A stretch of DNA of 63,896 nt, the filler included, from Reclinomonas americana ATCC 50394 (Eukaryota), in the NCBI GenBank assembly GCA_048213135.1. It is 17 parts of 17 records of this genome, joined end to end, with 100 filler letters (N's around TTAATTAATTAA, not from the genome) between each part and the next. Parts side by side here need not be neighbours in the genome. Positions count along the whole stretch, not along the records: positions 32,438 to 35,394 come from AFZH01023467.1; positions 35,495 to 39,349 come from AFZH01023468.1; positions 39,450 to 41,353 come from AFZH01023469.1; positions 41,454 to 44,893 come from AFZH01023471.1; positions 44,994 to 46,131 come from AFZH01023472.1; positions 46,232 to 50,038 come from AFZH01023473.1; positions 50,139 to 53,358 come from AFZH01023474.1; 10 more parts are not named here. One strand, given 5' to 3'. Below, piece by piece: positions 35,201-50,684 of the stretch. The notes beneath the pieces were generated by a model, which worked only from the letters and a program-made list of their open reading frames with translations, did not search any database and had not been told where the DNA came from. Position 1 is the stretch's first letter, and each line of letters starts with the position of its first letter. The position numbers and the translations under genes are program-made.

Positions 35201-35684
35201 GCGAGGTACTAACCAAATGCATGCAGACCGCTGGATCGTGTGCCAACCGGTCACCGCTCCGCCGTGAAGGACAAGTTCTCGGTGGACTCGTCCAGCGGCG
35301 ACGAGGAGGAGCTGCTGCTGAAAATGACACCACACCGACGTTGCGTGTGCTCTACGTTCGACATGTTGGCCCGCTCGCTCACTCGCAGCGCGTGNNNNNN
35401 NNNNNNNNNNNNNNNNNNNNNNNNNNNNNNNNNNNNNNTTAATTAATTAANNNNNNNNNNNNNNNNNNNNNNNNNNNNNNNNNNNNNNNNNNNNCGACGA
35501 GGACTTTGAAGTCAACATGTTTGCCGCTCGTCCAGGCTCCACGCGCAGTGTGCCTCCACACGAACGCAACGGAGGCGGCGACGACGAAGCCACCAAGCGC
35601 GAACTGCTGTGGGACCCTGTTCTCGAGCTGTACTACGACAGCAAAACCAATCAGTACTTTGAGGCGGCCGACGATGACACATAA
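31414..35684 (+). CDS. CFAP20DC: CFAP20-domain-containing protein (C3orf67-like), multi-exon, spanning two gaps
   Basis: MYQGGSHVELL, FDQTVKGYVLEL, RYLVLQ, RRRVIFST...LHARVPL, WMNFVVD; CTVRKVFSLR after gap 1; long disordered middle; C-terminal LLWDPVLELYYDSKTNQYFE then TAA at 35682-35684 after gap 2. Confidence 0.85.
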
Positions 35685-35743
35685 AAAAAGACCCCGAATT
35701 TCCGCAGCTGCCAATCTTCTCACACTCGCTCTCACACGAAAAG

Positions 35744-38297
35744 ATGCGCGGGCAAGCTGTGCTCTTGTGTGCACTGTGTGTGCTTCTGCTGCTGTGTGCA
35801 GTGGCACATGCGACTCTGCGACCGCGTGACTTGCGCGCGGACATGAAGGACGCGCAACTGGGAAACTTGGCCACGTTGAGTGCCCCCCCATGCAACTGTT
35901 CTCTCACTCTCCGTCACTCACTTATCCTCCTCCACAAAGCTTCTTCTTCCTGCGCTTCCTCGGCGGGTGAGTCACGTGTGCACTTGCTCTCTTACGCACT
36001 CTCTCTCATTGATGTGTGTGCATGTGTGTGGCAGAGATTATGAGAGACTGCAGAGTGAAGAGGAGTCTGTGGGGGCCACTCTCGACGACTATCGCCTCAT
36101 GTTGCACAACATTGATCCGGGCCCAAACTACCCGTCGGAGGCCGTCGCCGCACCGCTCTTTGCGCGTCTTGACAAGGACGGAAAGTTGAGAGAGGAAACA
36201 CACTCATGTCTCACTCATGTCTCAGACTCTGACTGTGCCTCCTTCAGTGGTCGCGTGGAGTGGACCGAGTTCCTTGAGCCTTATGCGGGTCTGCTGGAGG
36301 CGGGCGAGGGCCCTGAGCAGGTGCACTTGGCGCTGACCAACAACCCGTCGGAGATGGTCGTCGTGTGGATCACCTCTGGTACACGCCTGTCTCTCTTTGT
36401 CTCTTGTTAATGCTTTCCGTTCTCTTGACTCCTTGTGGGAGTAGATAGCTACGGAAAGACGGCGCCTGTGGTGCAGTACGGTGCCGATCCGGATCAGTTG
36501 AGCCAGACGGTGACGGGCGCCAGCAGCACCTACAATGTGGGCATCTTGGGCGGGTGGCACAAGGAGATTCACAAGGCCAAGATGACCAACCTGCAGCCGT
36601 ACACGCGCTACTTTTACAAGGTCGGCAACGGCAGTGTGTGGAGCCAGCAGTTTTCGTTCGTGTCGGCTCCGACGTTGCGTGCGACTGCCATGATGAGGAG
36701 ATGCGAGCGATTATCTTATTAGGTTTCTTGGCAGTGGTCCGCTGGACACGATCAATGTGGCCGTCTACGCCGATGTCGGCACGACGATTCCGTTCGGAGA
36801 CGAGGGTATGCACTCACCGCCTCGCTCCTCTTTTCTCTGCAAGTCAGTCGCTCATTTTTCTGTTCCTGCGCCAGTCACCAAGCAGATTGCGGCCGATCAC
36901 GCCATCGACCCCTTCAACCTGCTGGTGTTGCCCGGCGACATGGCGTACGGTGAGAACGTGCAGCTGGCACGGTGAAAATGGATTCGCTTCTGAACGTGTG
37001 TTGTTGCGCAGCCGGCACTGGCCACGAGGAAGAGTGGGAACCCATTTGGGATTTGTTTGGCGTTGCGTTGCGCCGCCTGTGACGACCAAGGTGCACGCAC
37101 GTGAGTGCACTCACTTTGCTGATTACAGACGCAAGCCGAGCGCGTGTCGGCAGTGATGCCGTACATGATGGCCGTCGGAAATCACGAGAAGGCAAGCTAT
37201 TTGATGCTTCCCTTCCTCCCGACTGCATCCAGTCTCTTCTCACCTCTTCTGTCGTCGTCGTGCGCAGTACTACAACTACACGTCGTTCCTGGCGCGCTAC
37301 CAGATGCCGAGTGCCGACAGCGGTGGCTACAGCAACTTCTGGTTCTCGTACGACTACGCCAACATTCACTTTGTCATGATGTCTACTGGTTTGCTGAGAG
37401 AAAGGTGTTTGTGAATCTCGCCTCCACTGATTTTAACCGAGCCTCATCTCATCAGAGCATCCATTCAACCCTGGCTCCACTCAGCACACGTGGTTGGAGC
37501 AAGACCTCCGCAAGGCCAGCTCCTCTGGCAAGTACGACTGGATCATTTTGTCTGGACATCGCCCCTTCATGTCGAGCGACCAGGACGAGTACGATCAGCA
37601 CAATGTGCGTGACCGTGCGGGTGTGTGCGTGTGATGCGCATGTGTTGTATTCACGTGTGGTCGCACAGCCGAATGGGCCATTCATGACCATCCTCGGGCC
37701 GATGCTCCTGCAATACCACGTCGACTTGGTGTTGACTGGACACATGCACATGTTGCGTGGCGGTCCACGGTCACTTCTACAACTCTGCAGCTCACTGAAT
37801 GCAACCCCTCTCATCGCACTAGGTACGAGCGCATATTCCCGTACCCGCCCGACAATAGCACGGTCCCCGGCACCACCAACGTGTTCAAGAACCCGTCGTC
37901 GCCCGTGTACCTCGTGATGGTGAGTTCGGGGGGGAAGGAACTCGTCGACGCCTCGTTGGCTTCACTTGGTTCTGACGAGATTTCCGTATATCGCAGGGCT
38001 CTGGAGGTTGCTTCATCCACGAGACGCTGATGGAGCCGGCGCCGGCGTGGAGTGCCAACCGGTGCGGCGCATGCTTGTGTGTGTATTCGTGCACATGTGC
38101 GTGCTTCTCATCCGCTCGATCCCACTCCACACAGTCAACAAAAGTACGGCTATGCGCGCCTGCAGTTCACCAACAAGCCGCAGCCGACCATGCACTTTGA
38201 GTTCCGTCTGACTGAGGAGAACAAGGTCGGCGACGAGATGTGGATCATCAAGGACAAGTCCAGTGGTCAGCCCACCATCGTGCACCAGAAACCGTAG
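35744..38297 (+). CDS. Secreted purple acid phosphatase with an N-terminal EF-hand, multi-exon
   Basis: Signal peptide; PEQVHLAL FN3-like domain; metal ligand motifs ADVG, GDMAY, GNHE, LSGH, GHMH; YGYARL; TAG at 38295-38297. Confidence 0.92.
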
Positions 38298-38436
38298 CAC
38301 ACCTGTCTCTCTTTCTCTCCGTTCCTTGTTTCGCCGAGAGAACATGACGCGTAAATGCACCCCCCGTGCGTGCGTGATTCAGCCGACATATTTTCATTCC
38401 TTTCCCCAGGCAACGTGGGCGCGCTTCCGAATAAAA

Positions 38437-40917
38437 TCAGACGGCGGCGACCTTTTCCGCTCGCGACACGGCCAGCAAAAACGCCGCCAGATCGGCGTCG
38501 TGGCAGCGCGACTCAAAGTCACCCAGTGTGACGGCAGCGTCGGGACCCTTGGCGGCCACCACCTCATTCACCATGGCGACTACTCGCCGCGTCTCCACGT
38601 TCAACGCCTGCGAGAGACAGACACACACAGTGAGGGAGAGATTGTCGAGTAAGGCAGGGAGTGGGATCGTCAGAAGAGCACCTTCACAAACGCCGTGTTG
38701 CCGAGGGAGATGGAGCGTGACACGGCCTCGGCCACGGCGGCGTGCACCGAGGTCTCGACAAACGCATCTGCAAAAACAAGTGAGCAACGACCACGAGTGC
38801 GACCGACACCTACAGTGCTTGCTCAACCTTCCGCGTGGGCGGCCACTGAAATCGTCTCTGAATCCAGATCCACAAAGAGGTCGTACAGATCCTCTCGCTG
38901 GTACACCTTGGAGATGTTGGAGTCGATGAATGCTGCCACAAAGGCGGTGGACTGTCGCATGTCGTCCACCACGTCGTCGAGTTCCAGCTTTGCGAACGGT
39001 CGCAGCGTGGAGAAGTCCTGCCGGTGCAACGCAAGGCACGGCAGTGCGCTGCGCCCAAGCGAGGGAGTGAGTGAGTAGTAGCAAGGGGAGGGGGTGAAAG
39101 AGTTAATGGGAAGACGCACCGAACAGTGGTCTGCACATCGCGGCGCGACGAGGCCCCGGTAAACACGACGCGCTTCTTCATCACAATGGCCGCCCACAGC
39201 TGTGCAAACGGCCGGTTGCCGAGGGTCTTGGCCAGCAAGCAGAGGCCATCGCCGTCGGGCAAGAAGCTGTCGCGCGCATCCAAATCCGCCGCCGAGAAGA
39301 GCACTTGACCTGGAAGAGGGGAAGGGGGGTTGGGGGGGAGGGGGGAGGGNNNNNNNNNNNNNNNNNNNNNNNNNNNNNNNNNNNNNNNNNNNNTTAATTA
39401 ATTAANNNNNNNNNNNNNNNNNNNNNNNNNNNNNNNNNNNNNNNNNNNNGAGGAGGAGGAGGAGGAGGAGGAGGAGGAGGACGAGAAGAAGAGGAGGAAG
39501 AGGAGACCGAAGATGAGAAGGAGGAGGAGGAGGATGAGAGGGGAGGAGAAGAAGAATACAACAACGGCGACGACGACAACGACGAAGAACGAGAAGAAGA
39601 ACAAGTTGAGGAGGAGGAAGAGAACAAGAACAGAAATAAGGAGAACGAAGGAGAAGGAGGACGAGCGGAGAAGGAGGATGAGAAGGAGGAGGAGGATGAG
39701 AGGGGAGGGGGAGGAGAAGAAGAGACATGAAGGAGAAGGATGAGGACAGAAGGACAAGGGGAGAAGGAGGAGGAGTGAGAAGATGAAGAATGAGACGAAG
39801 AAGAGGAAGAAGAATAACATGAACAAACAAGAAGGAGAACAAGAAGAACAACAAAAAGAGAAGAAAGAGGACGAGAAGGAGGAGGAGGAGGGGGATGAAA
39901 GGGGAGGAGAAGAAGAATAACAATGACGACGACAACGATAACGACGAACGAGAAGAAGAACAAGTTGAGGAAGAGGAAGAGAACAAGAAGAGAAATAAGG
40001 AGACACGAAGGAGAAGGAGGACGAGCGGAGAAGGAGGATGAGAAGGAGGAGGATGAGAGGGGAGGGGGAGGAGAAGAAGAGACATGAAGGAGAAGGAGGA
40101 TGAGGACAGAAGGACAAGGGGAGAAGGACAAGGGGAGAAGGAGGAGGAGTGAGAAGAGGAAGAATGAGACGAAGAAGAGGAAAAAGAATAACATGAACAA
40201 ACAAGAAGGAGAACAAGAAGAACAAGAAGAAAGAGAAGGAGGACGAGAAGAAGGAGGAGGAGGAGGAGGAGGAGAAGATTAACAATGACGACGACAACGA
40301 CAACGACGAAGAACGAAAAGGAGAAGAAGAACAAGTTGAGGAGGAGGCAGAGAACAAGAAATGAAAAAGGAGACACGAAGGAGAAGGAGGAAGAGGGGAG
40401 AAGGAGGATGAGAGGAGAGGAGAAGAATAACAACAACAAGAAGATCAAGAAGATGAATAAAACGAAGGGGGAGGAGGAGGGGAAGAAGAAGAAGAAGAAC
40501 ACCGTCGTACCATTCAGTGTCCACTGCTGTCGCACGGACACCTCCAACATCATGTCAATGAGGCACAGTGGCGAGTGATTCTCCGCACGGTACGTCTTGC
40601 AGCACAGCTGCAGCAGCTGCTGATACTTTTCCGGAAAGTACTCCTACGCACACCGCCGCATGAGAACAGGCATTTATCGACCGCGACAAGACCTCTCCAC
40701 GAAACTTCCGTGGTGAGCACGAGAGCCATTCGTCGCGGTCGCCTCACAATCGTGGCGGGATCCTGCTCCGGATCGATTTCGTCCTCGGGGAACTCGTGGC
40801 TGACCACGTAGTACCACTTGTTGCGGCATCGCGCAAACACAAAGTCGGAGTCGCCAGCGGATGCGTGTGGTCGCAGCAGCACCTCGTTCACCAGGGCCTC
40901 CGAGAGACGACCGGAGC
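38437..40917 (-). CDS. DENND10: DENN domain protein 10 (FAM45-like), multi-exon, spans gap; 5' end unresolved
   Basis: FVFARCRNKWYY, LVLTTE..PEKY, LWAAIVMKKRVVF, HRQDFSTLRPF, AAFIDSNISK...EDLYDLFVDL, FLLAVSRAE recalled as FAM45/DENND10-type motifs. Confidence 0.75.
39450..40498. repeat. Polypurine (GAG/GAA/AAC) low-complexity intron with ~360-bp higher-order duplications
   Basis: ACAAGTTGAGGA anchors at ~39601, ~39960 and ~40331. Confidence 0.85.
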
Positions 40918-41178
40918 CTGTGCAGGGAGAGAGGGAGAGAGGGAGAGAGAGGGGGAAAGGGGGAAAGAGGGAGGGTGAGGGGAGAAGCGGGGTGAGTGTG
41001 CGTGAGGGACAGCTTTCAGCATTCCCTTTGCTCCTTCTCTCGCCTTTTTTCTCCTCCTCCAGCTCTCTCTCTCTCTCTCTGTGTGTGTGTTTGTGAGTGT
41101 TGTTCTTAAGGGTTAACCTTCTCTGCATTGCCTCTGCTCCTTCTCTTGCCCTTCTTTCTCCTCCTCCTCCTCCTCCTG

Positions 41179-41210
<32 letters not shown>

Positions 41211-41453
41211 GTGTGTATGTGTGTGCGTTTGAGTGTGTCTCTGGTTCTTCCGGGACAGCCTTCTCTGCATTCCCTCTGCTGCTTCTCCCGTATTTCATTC
41301 TCCTTCTCTCGCCCTTCTCCTCCTCCTCCTCCTTCTTTCTCTCTCTCTCTCTCNNNNNNNNNNNNNNNNNNNNNNNNNNNNNNNNNNNNNNNNNNNNTTA
41401 ATTAATTAANNNNNNNNNNNNNNNNNNNNNNNNNNNNNNNNNNNNNNNNNNNN

Positions 41454-41526
<73 letters not shown>
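41454..41526. repeat. (CA)n microsatellite at contig start
   Basis: Direct reading. Confidence 0.95.
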
Positions 41527-41529
<3 letters not shown>

Positions 41530-42273
41530 CGACAATCAACATCACGCACGACAAGAGACGGAGACAGACTAGACTGACTGACCAAAGAACTGAGTGGTGA
41601 GCGGGCTGTACTTGGCCTCCTGCAGGAACGACGTCATGCGCTGCTTCTTCTCCAGCTTGGCAATCGTCGGGTCCTCTGCAAACACACACACACACACATT
41701 CATGATAAGAAAAAACCGTCGTCATCACACTCTTGAGAGGGTGAAAACGCAACTCAAAAAGTACTCGAATGCCTTGCTCTTGCTCGCCAACTCGGTGACA
41801 GTGTTGAGCTCCTGCACACACACACACACAAGTAAGCAAACCACCCTCTCTCTCTCACACACACACTGTGTCTGCTCTTCTTCTTCTCCTCTCACCTCTG
41901 CAACCTTGTCAACGCTGTTCTCCTTGGCGGCGGCCGAGAAGAGCGCCTTGGCGTAGCGACCCGCTGCACCAGTGACACCAGCCTTTGCACACACACAAAG
42001 GGAGTGGGGAAAAGAGTGAGTGTGCAATGTTGATGGCCATCAACACACACTCTCTTTTCTCTTTCTCTTTTTTCTCGCGCGCGCAACAATGTTAATGGCG
42101 GCATTGAAGGTGGACTTGGCGGTCTCTGAGGTGGCGGCAGTGACCGAGGCCTTGCCCTTCTTTGCTGCCGGCTTGTTGTCGGTGGAGAACATGGCGGCAG
42201 TGGCAGTGCGCGGGAAGAGGGAGGTGCGCGTGGGCGCAAAGGCAAGAGAGAGCACGCGGCGTGCGGCGAGCAT
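41454..42273 (-). CDS. ATP5PO: Mitochondrial ATP synthase OSCP subunit, multi-exon, 3'-truncated
   Basis: Presequence MLAARRVLSLAF; GAAGRYAKALFSAAAKENSVDKVAE|EL; FEYFL|EDPTI..KK; YSPLTTQFF. Confidence 0.88.
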
Positions 42274-42805
42274 CTTCGATAACGACGGTGTTTGTGTGGG
42301 AGAGAGTAGGACACCACAGGACAACGTAAGCGCCGTGCTGCAGACGAGTTGCGCGCCCACCAACCGCATCGCGCTGGGATCGAGCGAACGCAGCGGTTGT
42401 CGACGTTTTTTGCCGTAGTTGCGGGCCTTGTTCGAATTCATGATCACAAAGTCGTCGAGAGTGCACGACTCGGAGACGCGACAGGCTTGGTCTGCAACAG
42501 GGAGCAACGGGGGTAAGAAAGAGAGAAGGGGAAAGAAGAGCGAACAAAAGAGGAAGAGGGCGAAGAAGGGGAGGGAGGGATCCGGAACGTTAATTAATAT
42601 TTATTAACAGCTGCAGAGTGTCGACGTTTCTCCCCTCAGAGTTTTTCCATGACGTACCCTCCACTGTAGCTGTCATGTAACGCGCATAGGGCGGCACGAC
42701 GCGGTTCAGCTACCGGCGCGAGGGAAAGTGGGTGGCGCACAATGTTTTGAAATCTCCGATGCTTGTCCCGACGTCGACAAATGTCACACTCTCTCTCATA
42801 CGTAC

Positions 42806-43870
42806 ATGGGAAAGCGCCACTCCAAGCCGCTTCCCATCATCTCTCTGCAGGAGGCAGAAGCTCGATGTGCGTTACTCTCTTGACACACACTCTCTGTGTG
42901 TTGCACCTGCTGACGCACTCGTGCACACACAGTGAGTGCCAGCGAGTTCATGGAGCTCGAGCGCCTGTTTGAGGGCGCAGCACGCGCGGACAAGACTGTG
43001 GGTCATGTTGCGTCTCTCAGAATCTCTCTCTCTCACACACATACACTCACTCACTCTGCGACCAATACACAGCTGTCACGAGAATCCTTTTGCACCATGT
43101 TAGCCCCTCGATTCAAGAGTGTCGGAGTTCCCGTAAGCAGACTCTTTGAGGTGGTCGATGCGGACTCGAGTGGCGATGTGGACTTTGTTTCGTGCACACT
43201 GAGATCCCTCTCCTCTCACGTTGCTGACGGTGGACTGTTTCGTGCAGGAGGAGTTTGTCAGTGCCATGACTGCACTCGGGCCAAGAGGCACCCCGCAGGA
43301 GAAGATGACGTTTCTGTTCCAGTCGTTTGACTTGGACGGCAATGGCGAGCTGGATCGCAAGGAGATTGGCACGATTCTCTCGGCGCAAATGGATAGTGTG
43401 GTTGCGTTGGCCGTCGCTTGTTGTCCGCGTCGCATGTGTGTGTCCATGTGCATCAACGTGTTTGTCCGCAGCGAGAGGAGCTCGATGCGGACGTGGCGCA
43501 CATGGTATCGTCGCACAAGGACGTGTTGCAGAAGCTCGTCGACAAGACAGTCACGGAGGTGTGTTGCGTGTCGTGCCTCGCGCTTGCTGCTGTCTCTTAC
43601 GCTCATCGCTTGCTGCTGCAGTTGTTTGAACAGGTCTCGTAGTCCTCGTGTTCTTATAGGAGTGTTTCCATTCACTGTTTTCCACCTGTGCAGCTGGACA
43701 CCAACAATGACAATCGGATTTCGCTGGACGAGTGGCTGGAGGGCCTCAATGTGTGCCCGCTGCTGAAGCTGTGGGCCGCCACCATTGAAGTGCGTCTCCT
43801 CTGCCCACCTCCGTGCCGCGAGCGCGTGTTAGATAACTTCTTCCTTCGTGTGACAGGGGCGTGCAAGTGA
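42806..43870 (+). CDS. Myristoylated EF-hand calcium sensor (NCS/recoverin or calcineurin-B-like), multi-exon
   Basis: MGKRHSK start; loops DADSSGDVDF|EE, DLDGNGELDRKE, DTNNDNRISLDE; GTPQEKMTFLFQSFD. Confidence 0.87.
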
Positions 43871-44060
43871 AGCGCTGATGGAAATGGGCGTGGAGTCGCT
43901 CATCAAGACACGGTCCGGGCGTCAGGTGGTGCAATGCGAGACGCAGTAGTGTGTAATAGTCATACCAATATTTGTGCATACACAACAAGAGTTCGTTTTG
44001 TTCTTTTTAATGATGATGTCCAGCGTTACACTGAGTTGTGCTGGAGGAGACGAGGGACGC

Positions 44061-46944
<2,884 letters not shown>

Positions 46945-47237
46945 TGCTCTCTCTCTCACTCTCTTTTGACACAAACGTCGACAGGACACGCGCAGGACCT
47001 TAACTCTTTCGAGTGCGTTTTATGAGAAAAGCGACCCCGCCGACCCTTTCTTCACCAACTATCCGATGGGTAAATGTTGCGTACACACATACACGCAAAA
47101 AAAGGCATAAACAATTTTTTTTTGTGGAAGATGCGGTCTATTTGTGGATCCTTTGGCGGGTTCTGACACGCACTTTCTCACGCAAAACAGCACGAGGTCC
47201 GCTGAGTTCCTCTGCCAGCACTGGAGATCTCCAGGAG

Positions 47238-50038
47238 ATGAGTGGCGGTGGAGCAGAAGGTGAGAGAGAAATTTGTGTGACCGTTTTCTTTGTTGGGTTT
47301 CTCCTTGGGTGATGTGCATCAACACGCGCCCTCACTCTTTTCTCACACGCTCACTCGAAAAAAAGGTATTGTGGGGGCAATTGAGGATTTGAGGTGAGTG
47401 GCCCTCTTTGTGAGTGTGAGTGTGTGTGAGAGAGAGTGATTGATTTGTGTGTTCTGTGTTGTTTGTTTTCAGCGAGAAGCGTGCTGCGGTGCGCGAGGCG
47501 GCGTTTGGGAGGATTATCACGGGACTTAGTCAGCAGTTTGCGGTGCAAGAGCTGGAGTCTCAGTTGAGTGTCTTAAGAGGGAGTGTGTGCCTCTCTCTCT
47601 CACACGCGCGCGCTCTCTCTCTCTCTCTCTGTGTGTGTTGTGCTAACGTGTTTGTTGTGTGTAGCACTGGGTCTCTGATTGACCGATGCAATTCTGCATT
47701 GAACAAGAGCAGTACGTCGCCAAAGGAAAAGGTCTGTTCACTATTGTCCACCTCGCTTTCTCCCCTCCCCCTCCTTCATTGTCGACCTCCTGATCGCGCT
47801 CTCCTCCTCCTCTTTCTTCTCCCTTGCAGCTCTTCTTGTCGCTCCTGATCGCTCTCATTGTCCCTCTCGTTGACTATCTCTTCTGTCGCTCTTCTTGTCG
47901 CTAATGCTGTCACCCTCCTCGGCCTCCTGATCACTCTCCTTCTCCCTCTCCCTCTCCCTCTCCCTCTCCTTCTCCCTTCCCCTCTCTTCCCTTTTGTCCT
48001 CCTCCTCCTTCCACTCACCTTGCCTTCCACCCCCACAGTCCATGGCGCTGAGCTGCCTGGCACTGGTCACTGTCAGTCTGGGAAATGATGGGATGGCGGC
48101 GGGCCTGTCGACCTCGCACGAGCTGTTGCAGCGCATGGCCTTCCATCCGAACGGCCTGGCGCCGCTGCTGCGCGCGCAGTCGTTGGTGGTGTTGTCGCTG
48201 CTGGAATTCGTGTGCGACATTGACACCACGCCACTGGCACTCATGCAGCGCCTGCTGGCGCTGCTGCAGAGCGACGCTGCAGCGACGCCGCAGGTCCGTG
48301 AGGCGGCACTGGCGGCGTGGGGCTTGCAGGCGTCGTTGGTGGATCAGTCGACGCTGGCGGGCCAGGTGTGCGACGAGTCGTTTGAGACCATGTCGCACTG
48401 CTTGTCGTCGGGCGGTGAGGCGCCGGAGGAGGTCAGCATGCGCGTGGCGGCCGCCTGCAACATTTGCCTCGTGTGTGAGGTGGGTGTTGTGGGGGGGATT
48501 GAGAGAGAGACGGCATCCTTTTTTTTTCCTCACTCTTTCTCTCCGCCGGTGCAGGCGCGCATGGACATGCTGGTGTACGGAAACGACGATGACGAGCTGT
48601 ACCACGAGTTGCAGGGTGTCATGGACAATGTCGATGCACTCTCGCACGTCAAGCTGGTCGGCAAGAGCTACACGACGGATCTGCGCACGCGCACTCGTCA
48701 GATGAGCGCATTCCTGGCGGTTCGTACATTTCGAACACGCGTGGAGCTGATCTGGCTCCCCGTTTTCTCCTCTTCCTTGAACTCGTTTTACTTGAGTCCA
48801 CACACCTTTTTCTCAATCCCCATTTCGCGATCCCTTTCTCCTCTTTCTTCCTCTTCCTCTCTCCTCCCTCCTCTCTCTCTCTCTCCCTCCCTCTTGCCTC
48901 TCCCTTCTCCCTTCTCCCTCTCTCTTTCTCTCCCTCTCTCTTTCTCTCCCTCTCCCCTTCTCCCTCCTCCCTCCTCCTTCTATCTCGCCCGCTCGCTCAC
49001 TCATCCTTGTCACGCAGGATCAAGAGCCGCCGCACGACTCGTACAAATTCGGCGACGAGTCGTTGGATCTGACGACCTGGCGTGCCATTACTCAGTTCGA
49101 CATTGTGCGCGGTGTGCTCACTGGCGGAATCGGCGCGCACATGGCGGACAACGAGCTGCTGCGCAACATCTTCTCGTCGTATCTGGAGTCGCGGCGCAAG
49201 CTGGTCGGTCTTGCCAAGGTCTGTTCGTCAGTTGACATTCTCCCCCTCCCTCAATCTATTGTATGCCGTTCACACTTGTCCCCGTTGCCCATTCTTTCTT
49301 GTTCCCTTTTTTGTGTTGCCCTCCTCTCTTCCTCCTTTTCCCCTCCCTCAATCCCCTCGCTTTCCTTCTTCTGTCTCCTTTCCCCTTTCTCATCCTCTCG
49401 CCTTCCTTTCCCTCTTCTCCCTCCCCCTCTTCTCCTTTCTTTCCCTGCTTTCCCCCTCCGCATCTCCCTCCCTTTTCTCTCGGTTCTCTCATCTTTTTCA
49501 CCTCTTCCGTCTTCCTTTCTCTCATTACCTCGTCCTCCTCCCCTTCCTATCCTCATTTCCCTTCCTATCATCCTCTCATCCCCTCTCTTTCTAATTCTCT
49601 CTCCCCCATCCCCCTCTCTCTCCCCTCTTCCCTCTCCCTCTTCTTCTTTCTTTCTCTGTTCTCCCCCTCTGCATCCCCCTCCCTTTTCTCTTTCCCTCGG
49701 TTCCTCATCCTTTTTCACCTGTTCCCTCTTCCCTCCTCTCATTCCCTCGTCCTCCTCTCCTTCCTCTCCTTCCTATCCTCATTTCCCTTCCTATCATCCT
49801 CTCATCCCCTCTCTTTCTCATTCTCTCTTCCCCCTCCACTCTTCCCTCGCTCTCCGTCATCTTCCCTGTCTTCCCCCTTCCCCTCTTCCCCCCTCTTCCC
49901 CCTCTTCCCCCTCTCCCCCTCTCCCCCCTTCCCCCTTTTCTCCCCCTTCCCCCTTTCTCCCCCTTTCCCCCTTCTCCCCCTTGCTCACCCTCCCCCTCCA
50001 CCCCCACAGCGCCGCGTCCAATCCTCCAACTCACTGGC
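47238..50038 (+). CDS. Interferon-related developmental regulator (IFRD family), multi-exon; both ends uncertain
   Basis: SEKRAAVREAAF, VREAALAAWGL, VSMRVAAACNICLVCE, YKFGDESLDLTTW...RGVLTGGIGAHMADNELLRNIF. Confidence 0.8.
49219..50008. repeat. Polypyrimidine intron with an internal duplication
   Basis: CCTTCCTATCCTCATTTCCCTTCCTATCATCCTCTCATCCCCTCTCTTTCT occurs at ~49542 and ~49767. Confidence 0.8.
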
Positions 50039-50684
50039 NNNNNNNNNNNNNNNNNNNNNNNNNNNNNNNNNNNNNNNNNNNNTTAATTAATTAANNNNNN
50101 NNNNNNNNNNNNNNNNNNNNNNNNNNNNNNNNNNNNNNCCCGTGAATGCGGGTAGTCGAGTGCCAACTTCTTTTCCGTTCACGATACATATGTGTTTTTC
50201 TCTTTTTCATGTTTTCCATCGACGTACACAATTGTGTGGAGATTGTTTTCTTTCCGTCTTGTTTATCTTGTTAACCTGTCGTTTTGTTGGTCTGTGTTGT
50301 TGTGTGGTGGTGGTGGTGGTTTGTGTTTACCGGAGAGTGTTTTATCACTGTTGATTATTGTGTTTCTCTTCGCCGTGTTGTGTTGTGTCGTTAGAGAGAG
50401 TGTGTGTGAGAGCGCTTGCGCTCAGCAGATGCCCTCAGGTGTCGCTCTGATTGTAGACAAGTAAAAAAAGCAGCAAACAACTCAGCATATTGTTTTGTGC
50501 GTGCGTCGTTCATTATTATTATTGTCAACGACGTCGACTGCAGCGACACTCCATTCGAACCGCAGGTTCCTGGAGTCGCCAGGCTCGGTTGTCCAGTACC
50601 ACTTCCCCTCGGGAAGCACCTGGCCTGGCTTGTGCTGCACACAGCTCTTCTGTGTCTCTTCTTTCCCTTTCCATGACAGCGCCT

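Noticed and set aside
39394..40553. Long Ser/Leu/Phe-rich ORFs (also 49063-50094 and 46473-46925)
   Set aside because: Translations of low-complexity intronic tracts.
42590..42608. TTAATTAATATTTATTAA as another linker
   Set aside because: No flanking Ns; a natural AT-rich patch in the divergent OSCP / EF-hand intergenic region, function unsupported.
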